A stretch of 53,978 nucleotides of DNA from a virus (lineage: Duplodnaviria > Caudoviricetes). Under the pieces are notes generated by a model, which was not told the origin of the DNA, did no database searches, and saw only the letters and a list, made by a program, of their open reading frames with translations. The stretch spans positions 1-53,978 of the IMG/VR virus record IMGVR_UViG_3300035703_004045; one strand, written 5' to 3'. The position numbers and the translations under genes are program-made. This document shows positions 37,023 to 46,469 of the stretch, piece after piece. Positions within the stretch are counted from its first letter, which is position 1; the number at the start of each line of letters is the position of its first letter.

Positions 37023-38297
37023 CTAGACTAAAACTTGTTCGATCGGTTTTAGCTGGGGTGTCATATCGTCAAAGATCCGCTGCCCATCTTCAGAAACAGC
37101 TTGGCCGCCGCTGAACTCTTGCCAGCGCCGCACAATCACATCCACATACTTGGGCTCCAGCTCCATCAAACGGGCCACGCGCCCGGACTTTTCTGCGGCG
37201 ATTAGGGTGGTACCGGAACCACCAAACGGATCGAGCACCACGTCACCGGGTTTACTGGAGTTGCGAATGGCTCGTTCGATCAATTCCACCGGCTTCATGG
37301 TGGGATGCAAATCGTTCTTGTGCGGTTTTTTAATCTGCCAGACGTCACTCTGATCCCGGTCGCCGCACCAATGGCGCGTTGCACCGCTGGGCCAGCCATA
37401 CAGAATCGGCTCGTATTGGCGCTGGTAGTCCGAGCGCCCCATGGTAAAAGTGTTCTTGGCCCAGATAATGAAGGTTGACCACTTGCCACCAGCATCCCGA
37501 AAGGCTTTTTGCAGCACATCTAGCTCACTCGAAGACATGGCAATATAGATTGCTCCCCGGCAGTGGGTCATGACAGGCATGAGTGCTGCCAACAAAAAGT
37601 CGTAAAAGCCTGCGCCCAGGTTGTCGTTCAGAATGGCGCGGTCTTTACCGCGCATCTTGTCCTTGGCGCTGTTGGCGTAATTGACATTGTAGGGTGGGTC
37701 TGTGACAGTCATGTCGACGTCCTTGCCTTGCAGCAGCATCGCATAACTCTGGGCATCAGTGGCGTCGCTACACAAAACCCGGTGGTCACCGAGCAGCCAC
37801 ACGTCGCCAGCGCGCGAGATTACATTTTCTTGTGCCGCAGGTACTGCATCATCTTCGGTGTGCCCCAGGTTTTGTTCTTCGTCCTCAAACAGGTCTGCCA
37901 GAGCATCGGCATCAAAACCAGTTATGTCAAGGTTGAAGCCATCCTCTTGCAGCGATTGCAGCTCGATGCGCAGCATGGTCTCGTCCCAGCCAGCGTTTTC
38001 CGCAATACGGTTGTCGGCAATGATGAGCGCACGACGCTGGGTCGGGCTCAAGTGATCGAGCACTACCACCGGCACAGTGTGTAAGCCCAGTTTTTGCGCG
38101 GCCGACCACCTGCCATGTCCTGCGACAATCAGGCCATCACTGCCAGCCAGAATCGGGTTGGTAAAACCAAACTCGACGATACTGGCGGCGATTTGTGCTA
38201 CTTGTTCTGGCGAATGGGTGCGCGCATTTCTGGCGTAGGGTAGCAATTTACTGATCGGCCACTGCTCAATTTTGGAGGAGATCCATCCCTCAGACAT
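37023..38297 (-). CDS. ParB-like domain fused to N4/N6 DNA methyltransferase (beta class)
   Basis: PYARNARTH...IVAGHGR; TDPPY; HPTMKPV; LDPFGGSGTT. Confidence 0.92.
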   Translation of the reverse strand: MSEGWISSKIEQWPISKLLPYARNARTHSPEQVAQIAASIVEFGFTNPILAGSDGLIVAGHGRWSAAQKLGLHTVPVVVLDHLSPTQRRALIIADNRIAENAGWDETMLRIELQSLQEDGFNLDITGFDADALADLFEDEEQNLGHTEDDAVPAAQENVISRAGDVWLLGDHRVLCSDATDAQSYAMLLQGKDVDMTVTDPPYNVNYANSAKDKMRGKDRAILNDNLGAGFYDFLLAALMPVMTHCRGAIYIAMSSSELDVLQKAFRDAGGKWSTFIIWAKNTFTMGRSDYQRQYEPILYGWPSGATRHWCGDRDQSDVWQIKKPHKNDLHPTMKPVELIERAIRNSSKPGDVVLDPFGGSGTTLIAAEKSGRVARLMELEPKYVDVIVRRWQEFSGGQAVSEDGQRIFDDMTPQLKPIEQVLV

Positions 38298-38754
38298 TGT
38301 GTAGTCCTTCTCGGTATTGGATCTTCTCTCCCACCATGGTGGCAGTCAGCACTTGCGTGGTCAGCGATTGCACTGGGGTACCGGGCAGGCTGACTGCCAG
38401 ATGCGCCCAGCGTCCAAATTCATGAATGATTTGCTCGCACGGCAAGCGCAAGTGCTGCGCGGTCAGGCACACTGCTAGCGGTGTCAAGCCAGGTACGGTG
38501 ATGTCAGCGGCCCGTCCTTGCATGTGGTGGCTGGTTTTGCTGCCACCCACAGCACGGTTCAGTGCTGCTGATCGGTAGCCCGAAGTAATAACTACGGGCC
38601 GACCCAATGCGGTGCGCAATGGCTCCAGTACCGCTTGACACAGCCAGTGCAGGTTTTGAATCGCCTCGGGCGTGGGATCATTGTCAATGTTTTTGCGGGC
38701 AGCGGTTTCAGAAACCACAAACTCGGACAGTTCAAAGTGTTTAGACAGTTGCAT
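38290..38754 (-). CDS. Peptidase M15 family Zn peptidase, candidate endolysin
   Basis: LSKHFELSEF, SGYRS, SHHMQGRAADI, EFGRWAH. Confidence 0.85.
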   Translation of the reverse strand: MQLSKHFELSEFVVSETAARKNIDNDPTPEAIQNLHWLCQAVLEPLRTALGRPVVITSGYRSAALNRAVGGSKTSHHMQGRAADITVPGLTPLAVCLTAQHLRLPCEQIIHEFGRWAHLAVSLPGTPVQSLTTQVLTATMVGEKIQYREGLHNV

Positions 38755-40219
38755 CGATGGGCTCCTGCGGGCTATCTGTCAACGTAGTGCCTCGTCGCCT
38801 TTGTGCGACTTGTGCGAAGGTTTCACCGGTACTGGCCAGGGTCATCGGCACACCGGGGAAGTTTTGCTCAAAGCGTAGTAGCGCCACATCGACGTACTGC
38901 GGTGCAATCTCGACTGCGCGACCGAGGCGACCCGTGCGCTGTGCAGCCATCAGGGTGGTGCCACTGCCGCTAAAGGGTTCGAACACCACTTCACCTTCTT
39001 CGGTATAGGCTTCGATCATCTGCAGCGGTAGCGTGACGGGAAACACTGCCGGGTGGTCGATGTCTTTGCCGATTTTGCCTTTGTGGCGCATGACCCGAAT
39101 CACCGAATCGGGGATGCGGTAGTCCTGAGTGGGCTGTCCGGCTGCTGTCCAACGATGAACCTGTCCATCCTTGCCGCGCAGGGCGGTCGACGTTCCATCG
39201 GCGCGCAAATGCGATTCTTGCCCTGCGTGTTTACACGGTACGGTTTTATGAGGTTTGCGGCTCTGGCGATTGAAGTGAAAGATAAATTCAAAACTCGGTG
39301 CCAGTCGCCCCTGCCAGTCACCCGGCATGCCGGGACCTTGATCCCAGACGTACCAGGCAAAGCGACGCCAGCCTTGGTTGCGCATCCAGCTCAGCCACTG
39401 ATCCCAATAGGGCTGCACTTCGTTATCGCGGTGAATCAAACCCAGATTGACCAGAACCTGGCCATCCTCAGCCATGGGCAGTTGGGCAAACACGCCACGC
39501 ATCAAACCATCCCAATCCGCAATGCCACCGGTGGTGTAATCACGCTGGTTGCCATAGGGCGGTGAGGTAAAGCACAGTGCTGCGCGATCAGACTGCATCA
39601 GGGTAGTAATGACTGCCGCTTCACTGGCATCACCACAGATTAGTCGGTGTGCGCCCAATAGCCAGAGGTCACCGGTTTGCGAGACTGCGGCAATCGGGGC
39701 TTCGGGGATCTGGTCTGCGGTGTCTGAATTATGCTCGGTATCCTGTGAATCGGCAGCATCTTGTTCCTGCTCGGCACTGTTACTTTCGCCATCTCCCTCG
39801 CCATGAATATCTTCAGCCAGCAGGCTTTGGATTTCTGCATCTTCCAAACCAGTCAGCGTCAAGTCGTAGCCGCTCTCGCACAGGTCAGTCAGTTCCAGCG
39901 CCAGCATGGCTTCGTCCCAACCGGCTTCCAAGGCGATTCGGTTGTCGGCGATGATGTAGGCGCGTTTCTGCGTGGGTGATAAGTGTGCCAACTCAATCAC
40001 TGGCACCTGACTCAAGCCGAGTTGGCGCGCTGCTGCCAGGCGTCCATGCCCGGAAATGAGACCATTGTCACCATCGACCAGCAGTGGGTTCGTCCAGCCA
40101 AACTCGACGATGCTGCCAGCAATCTTGGCGATCTGTGCTGCATCATGGGTGCGCGGGTTGCGAGCGTAAGGTATCAGGGTCTCAATCGAGCGGTATTCGA
40201 TCTGTGGTTGACTGATCAT
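38741..40219 (-). CDS. ParB-like domain fused to N4/N6 DNA methyltransferase (SPPY type)
   Basis: PYARNPRTH...ISGHGR; FTSPPY; HPAVFP; EPFSGSGTT. Confidence 0.92.
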   Translation of the reverse strand: MISQPQIEYRSIETLIPYARNPRTHDAAQIAKIAGSIVEFGWTNPLLVDGDNGLISGHGRLAAARQLGLSQVPVIELAHLSPTQKRAYIIADNRIALEAGWDEAMLALELTDLCESGYDLTLTGLEDAEIQSLLAEDIHGEGDGESNSAEQEQDAADSQDTEHNSDTADQIPEAPIAAVSQTGDLWLLGAHRLICGDASEAAVITTLMQSDRAALCFTSPPYGNQRDYTTGGIADWDGLMRGVFAQLPMAEDGQVLVNLGLIHRDNEVQPYWDQWLSWMRNQGWRRFAWYVWDQGPGMPGDWQGRLAPSFEFIFHFNRQSRKPHKTVPCKHAGQESHLRADGTSTALRGKDGQVHRWTAAGQPTQDYRIPDSVIRVMRHKGKIGKDIDHPAVFPVTLPLQMIEAYTEEGEVVFEPFSGSGTTLMAAQRTGRLGRAVEIAPQYVDVALLRFEQNFPGVPMTLASTGETFAQVAQRRRGTTLTDSPQEPIDATV

Positions 40220-40231
40220 GAAATGGGCATT

Positions 40232-40265
40232 AAAAAACCCACCGGCATTAGCAATGCGAGTGGGT
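40232..40265 (-). terminator. Intrinsic terminator at the entry to the late operon (tR'-like)
   Basis: Minus strand ACCCAC-TC-GCATT-GCT-AATGC-CG-GTGGGT followed by T5. Confidence 0.65.
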
Positions 40266-40284
40266 CGGTTTAAATTTGAGTAAG

Positions 40285-40457
40285 AGGTTTGCGCAAACCT
40301 GTGTCTAGCGCAAACTTCTTAGTGCAAACCTAAATAAAGTAACGGGGTGGTTTGCAGTGTGCTCATGACTGGGGTTTGCGCTGAAATCACCAGTTTGCCA
40401 AGGGCGAACGTGCTGCAAACCAGGCTAGCTGGTGCAAACCTGCAAACCCTGCAAACC
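40285..40457. repeat. Cluster of GCAAAC repeats (putative cosB-like terminase binding sites)
   Basis: 11 GCAAAC/GTTTGC hexamers counted in about 170 bp, including the 16-bp palindrome AGGTTTGCGCAAACCT. Confidence 0.8.
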
Positions 40458-40487
40458 TGTTTTTACGGTTTGTCGGTGGGCGAATCT

Positions 40488-40530
40488 TGCGCTGCTTCCC
40501 CCCGCATAGGATTTTGCGAAAGAAGGACCC
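40488..40530 (-). other. Putative cosQ/cosN packaging site
   Basis: Minus strand GGGTCCT (same as lambda cosQ), then TGCG-GGGGGAAGCAG-CGCA with partial twofold symmetry. Confidence 0.6.
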
Positions 40531-40722
40531 CTTTTACCTGGGGCGCGGCGCGAAGTGTTAGCGATAAATTCACGGTTTTTGCCAACCATAGCGATAAATG
40601 TACCGTAATTTCTGTAATTTGTTCACTGCTATTTTGATGCTCAAAAGGACAAGCTGGCTAAAGGCGGGACAAGTGGGGCAAGCGTTACGCTACTTGCCCC
40701 ATGGTCTTGGAACTGTTGCGAT

Positions 40723-41139
40723 TCAGCGCTGCTGCAATCGAGAGCTTGGCTGCTCTTGATTGAGCCTTTCTGACAGCAGTTCGAGACACTTATGCCACAG
40801 TTGCCACGCAGAGGTTCTGCCCATGCCAAACCGGGTACAGATGTCACGCCAGCCGTACCGATTGGCACGCATCCAGACCAGGTGCCGTTGCTCAACCTCC
40901 AGCCACTGCACCCAGCGCATGACTTCCAGCATGTCATCAATGTCCTTGGGTGAGGGTGGAATACGCAAAACAGGACGGTCTTCGGTTGCCAGCAACTCCC
41001 ATTGGCAGCGCACAATGGTGGGCCATGCGTTGAAGTAGCCCTGCACGTTGGCAGAAGGCAGCCGCCGAGCCGTCAAAGCAGCATCAACAAAGCGGTTGGC
41101 TATCGTCTCCGGTGTCCAGAGGATATGGGGCTCAGCCAT
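40723..41139 (-). CDS. DUF6362-like HTH protein, candidate late regulator/antiterminator
   Basis: Start at MAEPHIL with AAGGAGG RBS; sigma region 4-like WRDICTRFGMGRTSAW; occupies the Q position. Confidence 0.65.
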   Translation of the reverse strand: MAEPHILWTPETIANRFVDAALTARRLPSANVQGYFNAWPTIVRCQWELLATEDRPVLRIPPSPKDIDDMLEVMRWVQWLEVEQRHLVWMRANRYGWRDICTRFGMGRTSAWQLWHKCLELLSERLNQEQPSSRLQQR

Positions 41140-41341
41140 GATGCCTCCTTGGTGTGCCATACAAACGCTCGCCGATGCGTCGCACCAGTTCGCGCTCCAC
41201 GTAGTCCAGCCGATTGTCTTCAGCGTTGACCACCAGAATGTTTTGGTCACGCCAGCCGCGTTGCTTGATGCTGTCCAGGTCGGTGACAGTGGGTTGTAAG
41301 CGTCCCAACGGCGATTGATAGTGGGGGGAGGGGATTTTCAT
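41132..41341 (-). CDS. Small hypothetical phage protein
   Basis: Start at MKIPSP; coupled to both neighbours. Confidence 0.65.
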   Translation of the reverse strand: MKIPSPHYQSPLGRLQPTVTDLDSIKQRGWRDQNILVVNAEDNRLDYVERELVRRIGERLYGTPRRHHG

Positions 41342-41342
41342 G

Positions 41343-41819
41343 TCAGGACTCCATCTCGTTGTTTTGGTCAAGTGCCCAGTGCAGGATGGCCAGGGCATCG
41401 GCTTCGTTGTCGTCGGTAACGGGGTGACCCAGGGCACGCATGGCAGCAATGACCTCTGCCTTGCCAGCATTGCCTTTGCCGGTAACGTGCTTTTTGATCG
41501 TGCCCACTGGCACGCCCTGGTACGGGATGCGGTGGTGCTCGCACCAAGTGGTGAGCGTAGCCATCAAGCCGCCATAGACGTGGGCGGCATCGACACCAAC
41601 GTGGCGGCGTACTTCCTCAAAATACACAGCGTGGATCTCGCCAGTCATTATTTTGATTTCTGCCAGCCAGTGCTTGAAGCGCAGAAAGCGCATGCCACCG
41701 CCTTCAAAGCGCTGGGATTTGAAGCTGACAAAGCCGTGTGTGATGTGGGCATCTTTGCTTTGGAGTGCCCAGCCAGTGGTCGTGCCCAGATCCAGGGCGA
41801 GTGTGGTGGTGTGATTCAT
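41343..41819 (-). CDS. RuvC-like Holliday junction resolvase
   Basis: LALDLGTTTGWA, VYFEEV, IKKHVTGKGNAGK, DNEADALAI. Confidence 0.85.
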   Translation of the reverse strand: MNHTTTLALDLGTTTGWALQSKDAHITHGFVSFKSQRFEGGGMRFLRFKHWLAEIKIMTGEIHAVYFEEVRRHVGVDAAHVYGGLMATLTTWCEHHRIPYQGVPVGTIKKHVTGKGNAGKAEVIAAMRALGHPVTDDNEADALAILHWALDQNNEMES

Positions 41820-41843
41820 GATGTTTTGTCTAAATAGTTATGA

Positions 41844-42038
41844 CTGACGCATTCGACACATTCAAAGGTTGGTTTTTATGACCCGCGCCTAGCGCCTCGC
41901 GTGAGAAACTAATCCTTGACTGTGCCCGGTACGTCGGAATTGGGTTTCGACTGACGTGGCTGACGCAATAACTACCGTTCGCACATGATTTATTCGGGCA
42001 TGTCACTTTGCTATGGAAGGATTGCGTCAATGCGTCAG
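41844..42038. repeat. TGACG(CA) repeats, putative replication origin
   Basis: CTGACGCA 41844, CTGACGTG 41951, CTGACGCA 41960; inverted TGCGTCAA 42023, TGCGTCAG 42031; directly after primase gene. Confidence 0.5.
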
Positions 42039-44344
42039 TTGTCGATGTACGGCACATAACCGGGCTGATTGGGGTTCTTTAATCCAATGCCTTGATAGCC
42101 ACGAATACCAGCCGAGTTACGCCACTTTTCCAAGCCTCGGGTCAGCAGTAAGTCAGAAAATCTGCGCTGCGTACCTACAAATTCACCCGATGCATCGGCC
42201 CACTGTTTCCAATCAGAAAACAGCTCACTGGTGAGTGAACGTGCACTTTTGGTGAAGATGCACTTCTCCTCCAGCCAGCGACCCAGCGCATCCTCTGATT
42301 CGAAGTACTCCTTGGTTGCAGCAACCACGCTTTCGGGTGGAATCAGCCCTTCACGTTGCCAGGCCAGACAGCCTTGCACGCCCCACTCGAAGATTGCATT
42401 ACGTTCGGTGAGTAACTTTGCTTGCAACTGCTTGTCACGTTTTTCTGGTGGCACCGTGATGGTGAACGGAATCAAGTGCAGACGCCGCCGCATGGCCTCA
42501 TCAATATTCCGAATCGCCGGTTTGTGGTTACCTGCAATCAGTAGCTTGAAATGCGGCACAAAGGTAAAAAAATCCTGGCGCATGAAACGTGCAGAAATCG
42601 GGTCGCCGCCGGTGATCTCCTTGATCTTGGACTCGTTCCAGCGCCGCCCTTGCTCAGTCTCAGTGGCTCCTACAAAACGTGCCCCACGCAGCCCTGCCAG
42701 ATCGGTAGGGTGGCGGTCACCGCGCGACTCCATAAATGTATCCATTGGCGCATTGGCAGCGTAGTCCCCCATGATGGTAAAAATCGTATTCACAAAGACT
42801 GACTTGCCATTGGCACCTGTGCCATACAAAAAGAACAAGGCGTGCTCTTGGGTTGAGCCGGTCAGGCAGTAGCCAAACACTTTTTGCAAGTAGGCAATTT
42901 GTGCTTGGTCGCCACCGGTGACATCCGATAAAAAAGTCAGCCAATGGGGACAATGACTGCCAGGCTGCAGGGTGGCAGTGCAAATCTTTGTCATACGGTC
43001 GCTGCGTTTGTGGCCCCGCATCTGTCCGGTGCGCAAATCGACTACACCGCCAATGGTATTAATGACCCAAGGATCTGCATCCCATTCATCAGAGGTACCG
43101 GCGTGTCGGCGATCCGATCTCGCCAGTCGTTCAACGCCGCCGATAGTGCTAGACGCTGCTAGTTTTTCGGCTTTTTTACTGCTGCTGGCATTTAAAGAAG
43201 CGGCTCTGCATACGTGACGTACCAGGTCAGAGGCCGCCAGTGTGTCTTCGCTGCGCCATTTCTGACCGTCCCACATCAGCCACTTGCCCCACGCCGCAAC
43301 GTAGCGCCAGTCGTCCTTGTAATGCTGGGTAAAGGCCAAAGCCAGTGCATCGTCACTGCCCCAGACCGAAGTCTCTTCGCTATTGCCGATTGCTTTGGTG
43401 GACTGTTTGCCAGGCTTTTCGGTGCCGACATCGGGTCTGTATACCGTCATAGCCGGGCTACTGGCGATGATGCCTTTGACGTCCATTCCTTGCGCTACAG
43501 CATCGGCGCAGTCCCAGCCTTCAGGTTGTCCTTCAGGGGGGTAAATGATGACGCAACTACTGGCACCGGCTTTTAAAACGGCTTGGGCTGCGTTTTCAGC
43601 ATATTCCCACCCCGGCTTGTCCTTGTCCGGCCAGATCAGCACGGTTTTGCCCGCCAGCGGTGACCAATCGGTTTTGTCCACCGGTGCATTGGCACCATGC
43701 ATGGCGGTGGTGGCGCAGATACCGGCATCAATCAGGGCTTGTGCACACTTTTCGCCTTCGACTAACACCACCCGATCCGATTGCAGCATGCCAGGCTGGT
43801 TGTAGAGCGGTCTGGGCTCAGGGGGTGCCATTTTCTTGCGCTTGACATCCCAGGGGCGGAACTCTTTTTTGCCGCCCACTGGGTCGTAACGGTACACAAT
43901 AGCAATCAGCTTACCCGCAGAATCGAGGTAGTCCCACTTGGCCGTTGCCGGCCCCAGTTCGTCAATGACAGGCTCAGCCTTGCGTTTGCGTGCCACCTCT
44001 TGCGGCACTTTGCCGACCAGTTGCGCGGCAAAGCTGAGTACCTTGGCAAAGTCGGTATGCACATTGAGCGACAAATGACCGCCAATCAGGTCAAAGATGT
44101 CACCACCCTGACCGGTGGCACGGTCAGTCCAAAGCCCTGCCTTGTCAGAATCGAGCACAATTTCCAGGCTATCGCCGGGACTGCCCAGAATGTCACCAAC
44201 CAGAAACTTGCCACGCTTGATCTTGCCAGCCGGGTACATGGTCGACAGCACGGATTCCAGACGCAGCAGTAAACTGGCACGAATTTCTTCGCGGTTCACT
44301 GAATGCGTCGGGGAGTCGGGCGTCACATCATTAAAGTCCATCAT
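42035..44344 (-). CDS. P4-family primase-helicase (TOPRIM, D5_N, SF3 helicase)
   Basis: VLVEGEKCA...WPDKD; GTGANGKS; KEITGGDPISARFMRQDFF. Confidence 0.92.
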   Translation of the reverse strand: MMDFNDVTPDSPTHSVNREEIRASLLLRLESVLSTMYPAGKIKRGKFLVGDILGSPGDSLEIVLDSDKAGLWTDRATGQGGDIFDLIGGHLSLNVHTDFAKVLSFAAQLVGKVPQEVARKRKAEPVIDELGPATAKWDYLDSAGKLIAIVYRYDPVGGKKEFRPWDVKRKKMAPPEPRPLYNQPGMLQSDRVVLVEGEKCAQALIDAGICATTAMHGANAPVDKTDWSPLAGKTVLIWPDKDKPGWEYAENAAQAVLKAGASSCVIIYPPEGQPEGWDCADAVAQGMDVKGIIASSPAMTVYRPDVGTEKPGKQSTKAIGNSEETSVWGSDDALALAFTQHYKDDWRYVAAWGKWLMWDGQKWRSEDTLAASDLVRHVCRAASLNASSSKKAEKLAASSTIGGVERLARSDRRHAGTSDEWDADPWVINTIGGVVDLRTGQMRGHKRSDRMTKICTATLQPGSHCPHWLTFLSDVTGGDQAQIAYLQKVFGYCLTGSTQEHALFFLYGTGANGKSVFVNTIFTIMGDYAANAPMDTFMESRGDRHPTDLAGLRGARFVGATETEQGRRWNESKIKEITGGDPISARFMRQDFFTFVPHFKLLIAGNHKPAIRNIDEAMRRRLHLIPFTITVPPEKRDKQLQAKLLTERNAIFEWGVQGCLAWQREGLIPPESVVAATKEYFESEDALGRWLEEKCIFTKSARSLTSELFSDWKQWADASGEFVGTQRRFSDLLLTRGLEKWRNSAGIRGYQGIGLKNPNQPGYVPYIDN

Positions 44345-44591
44345 GGCTGGCACCTCCTTCTGGCTGCAGTGCTGTGCTGGCATTTGCAGCAACATTGCTG
44401 CTGGCTGCCCAGACACTCAGTTCATGCATACGAAAGCGTACTAAGCCACCCAGTAAGTAATGCGGGATGCGGTGTTTGCTGCGCATCTTCGGGTCGCCAA
44501 ACCAATACAGTGGCAGTCGCAGTGCGCAAGCAGCCTGTTTGGCATCAACCATGGGTTCAATTTCTGTTTTGGAATAGGGTAGGGTATTCAT
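44331..44591 (-). CDS. Small excisionase-like DNA-binding protein
   Basis: MVDAKQAA...IPHYLLGGLVRFRMHELSVW. Confidence 0.7.
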   Translation of the reverse strand: MNTLPYSKTEIEPMVDAKQAACALRLPLYWFGDPKMRSKHRIPHYLLGGLVRFRMHELSVWAASSNVAANASTALQPEGGASHDGL

Positions 44592-45325
44592 TGATTAGTC
44601 CTCCAGCAACGGTTCTGCCATGCGCAGAACTTGCATTCAAAATGGGTGGGGTCAACAAAGGCACGAGGTAGCAGCTCACCGAATTCGGTGGCTTCAATCA
44701 CACGTATCGCACGGTCTGACATACGCTGAGCGAGTGCTGCATCAAACGGTACCCACTCCGCGTAGATTTCCATGCTGTCGGAGTTAATCGCGGTAAACAG
44801 CGCTGGGTTTTCATGCAGTTGCAGGTAGGCCTGGTAAATGGCCACTTGCGCTGCATAGACGGGTTTGGACGCAGCCAATCCTTTTTTCTCCAGATCGCGC
44901 CAGGATTTATTGCTAAGGCATTTACATTCCCAAAGTGCCGGATAGTCAAAGGCTTCAGGGCCGGCCACAATCACTCCGTCGATGTGACCTTGCAGTCGAC
45001 CGTCAACCACCGAAAACCCAAACTGCTCGCCATTGGGTTTGTGGGTACGCAGGTCAAACCCGGCTGAGCGCAGCCACGTCACCATGCAGCCCTCCATGAC
45101 GTGGCCACGCTCGAAGATGCGTAGCATCCGGCCCTGCGTCTGCCGCTCCGGATCCACCGGCGCTTGGGCATATTCAAACTGCAACGCACGCTTACATGAC
45201 ACACCTAAGCGCGAGCCACCCAGATATTGGCGGGGTTGTTCCTTAGCGCGTGTCACTTGCAGACCGATATCAATCAGCGCTGAGATTTGACCAGATATGC
45301 TCGATGAAGAGTTAAAGTCCATCAT
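44588..45325 (-). CDS. PD-(D/E)XK exonuclease (Cas4-like phage nuclease)
   Basis: YLGGSRLG, GHIDG, WECK, QVAIYQ, CKFCAWQNRC. Confidence 0.85.
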   Translation of the reverse strand: MMDFNSSSSISGQISALIDIGLQVTRAKEQPRQYLGGSRLGVSCKRALQFEYAQAPVDPERQTQGRMLRIFERGHVMEGCMVTWLRSAGFDLRTHKPNGEQFGFSVVDGRLQGHIDGVIVAGPEAFDYPALWECKCLSNKSWRDLEKKGLAASKPVYAAQVAIYQAYLQLHENPALFTAINSDSMEIYAEWVPFDAALAQRMSDRAIRVIEATEFGELLPRAFVDPTHFECKFCAWQNRCWRTNQ

Positions 45326-45810
45326 GTCGCATCCTTCCAGGGGCAGTCGTTTTGCAGATCTACAAACGGATTGACCTCCAAATTGGTCATCGGATCCGGA
45401 ACCGCTGGCAAACCACGTACCGGTGGGTACTTGGATTTTTCGTGGTGCTCCACCATGGCCTGCGTGAAGCAGGTCACAATCGCTTCGATTACCGCCATGG
45501 CTTCTGACTCTGTGTATTCCCCTAAGGGTTTACTAAAGCCAATCGCCTCGGCGCTATTACCGAACGCCCGCAGGCACTGGCGCATGGCGCTGCGCTCGAT
45601 TTCAGTCATATTGAGCATAGAGTTCCCCTTGCAGTCGACGAGTTCGTCCTTCAAACGCACCCAGTTGCCATACATGGCGTGAAACGCGTTTTGACAACGG
45701 TCGGAGCAAAACACCCAGTCCAGCACATAGCGCTGGGCTGTACCGATTGAATGTCGGGTGTCGGAGTGACCATAACCTCGGGCTTGGCGTGAACAGATCC
45801 AGCATTTCAT
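45322..45810 (-). CDS. DUF6511-like protein with N-terminal Cys motif
   Basis: MKCWICSR...FCSDRCQ. Confidence 0.7.
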   Translation of the reverse strand: MKCWICSRQARGYGHSDTRHSIGTAQRYVLDWVFCSDRCQNAFHAMYGNWVRLKDELVDCKGNSMLNMTEIERSAMRQCLRAFGNSAEAIGFSKPLGEYTESEAMAVIEAIVTCFTQAMVEHHEKSKYPPVRGLPAVPDPMTNLEVNPFVDLQNDCPWKDAT

Positions 45811-45819
45811 GCTTCCTCC

Positions 45820-46464
45820 TCACTGTGCCCATGATGGTTTACCCGTTACCGGGGCACGTTGTGGAGTCGGTGCCTGATAGGACGGTGCAGCCTGCGCCGG
45901 TGCGCCCGAGTTGCCACCCCCTGATACCTTGGGAGGGATTTTCATTAACTTGGCATAGTCCGGATGGTCGGGTTCGACTGCGACCTTGACCACGTTCTGT
46001 GCATCGCCCCGGTCATCTTGCTCAATGTCGACTCTTACTGCGAACTCCAAACCATCAAGGTCAGCAAAGCCCTGAATGCGCCGGGCTGCTGCAGCCTGGG
46101 GACTGTTGTCTTGTGGCTGTATGCCATGTGCGCTATTGAGTGCTGCACGAATAAAGGTTCGGCCCATTTGACCCCAAGTCGCGCCTTTGGGTGAGTACAG
46201 ACCAATGTTTGACCAGATTTTGCGTTTGGTATATTCGCCGCTGGTAATGACGAATTCGGCGGCCAAATACACCGCTCCGGTTCTGGTCGATTGGGTTGGG
46301 TAGCCGTCGTTCCAGCCATGGCTCTCGTCATAATGTCCCCCAGGCTTGAGCGTCATGCGCACAGGCACGAGCACGCCCTTGGGGATCAGGTTGAAACCTG
46401 ATTGTTGGCTTTCAGCATCGTTAAAGTCAGACCACGCGTTGGTTGTCATGTTGTTGTCGTTCAT
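45820..46464 (-). CDS. Putative phage ssDNA-binding protein
   Basis: LIPKG, GEYTKRKIW, flexible tail ending KPSWAQ; next to Sak4-like ATPase. Confidence 0.6.
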   Translation of the reverse strand: MNDNNMTTNAWSDFNDAESQQSGFNLIPKGVLVPVRMTLKPGGHYDESHGWNDGYPTQSTRTGAVYLAAEFVITSGEYTKRKIWSNIGLYSPKGATWGQMGRTFIRAALNSAHGIQPQDNSPQAAAARRIQGFADLDGLEFAVRVDIEQDDRGDAQNVVKVAVEPDHPDYAKLMKIPPKVSGGGNSGAPAQAAPSYQAPTPQRAPVTGKPSWAQ

Positions 46465-46469
46465 GTCAG

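Noticed and set aside
44588-45325. Cas4 as evidence of a CRISPR-Cas system
   Set aside because: It lies in a phage recombination module with a Sak4-like ATPase and SSB-like gene; no cas1, cas2 or array
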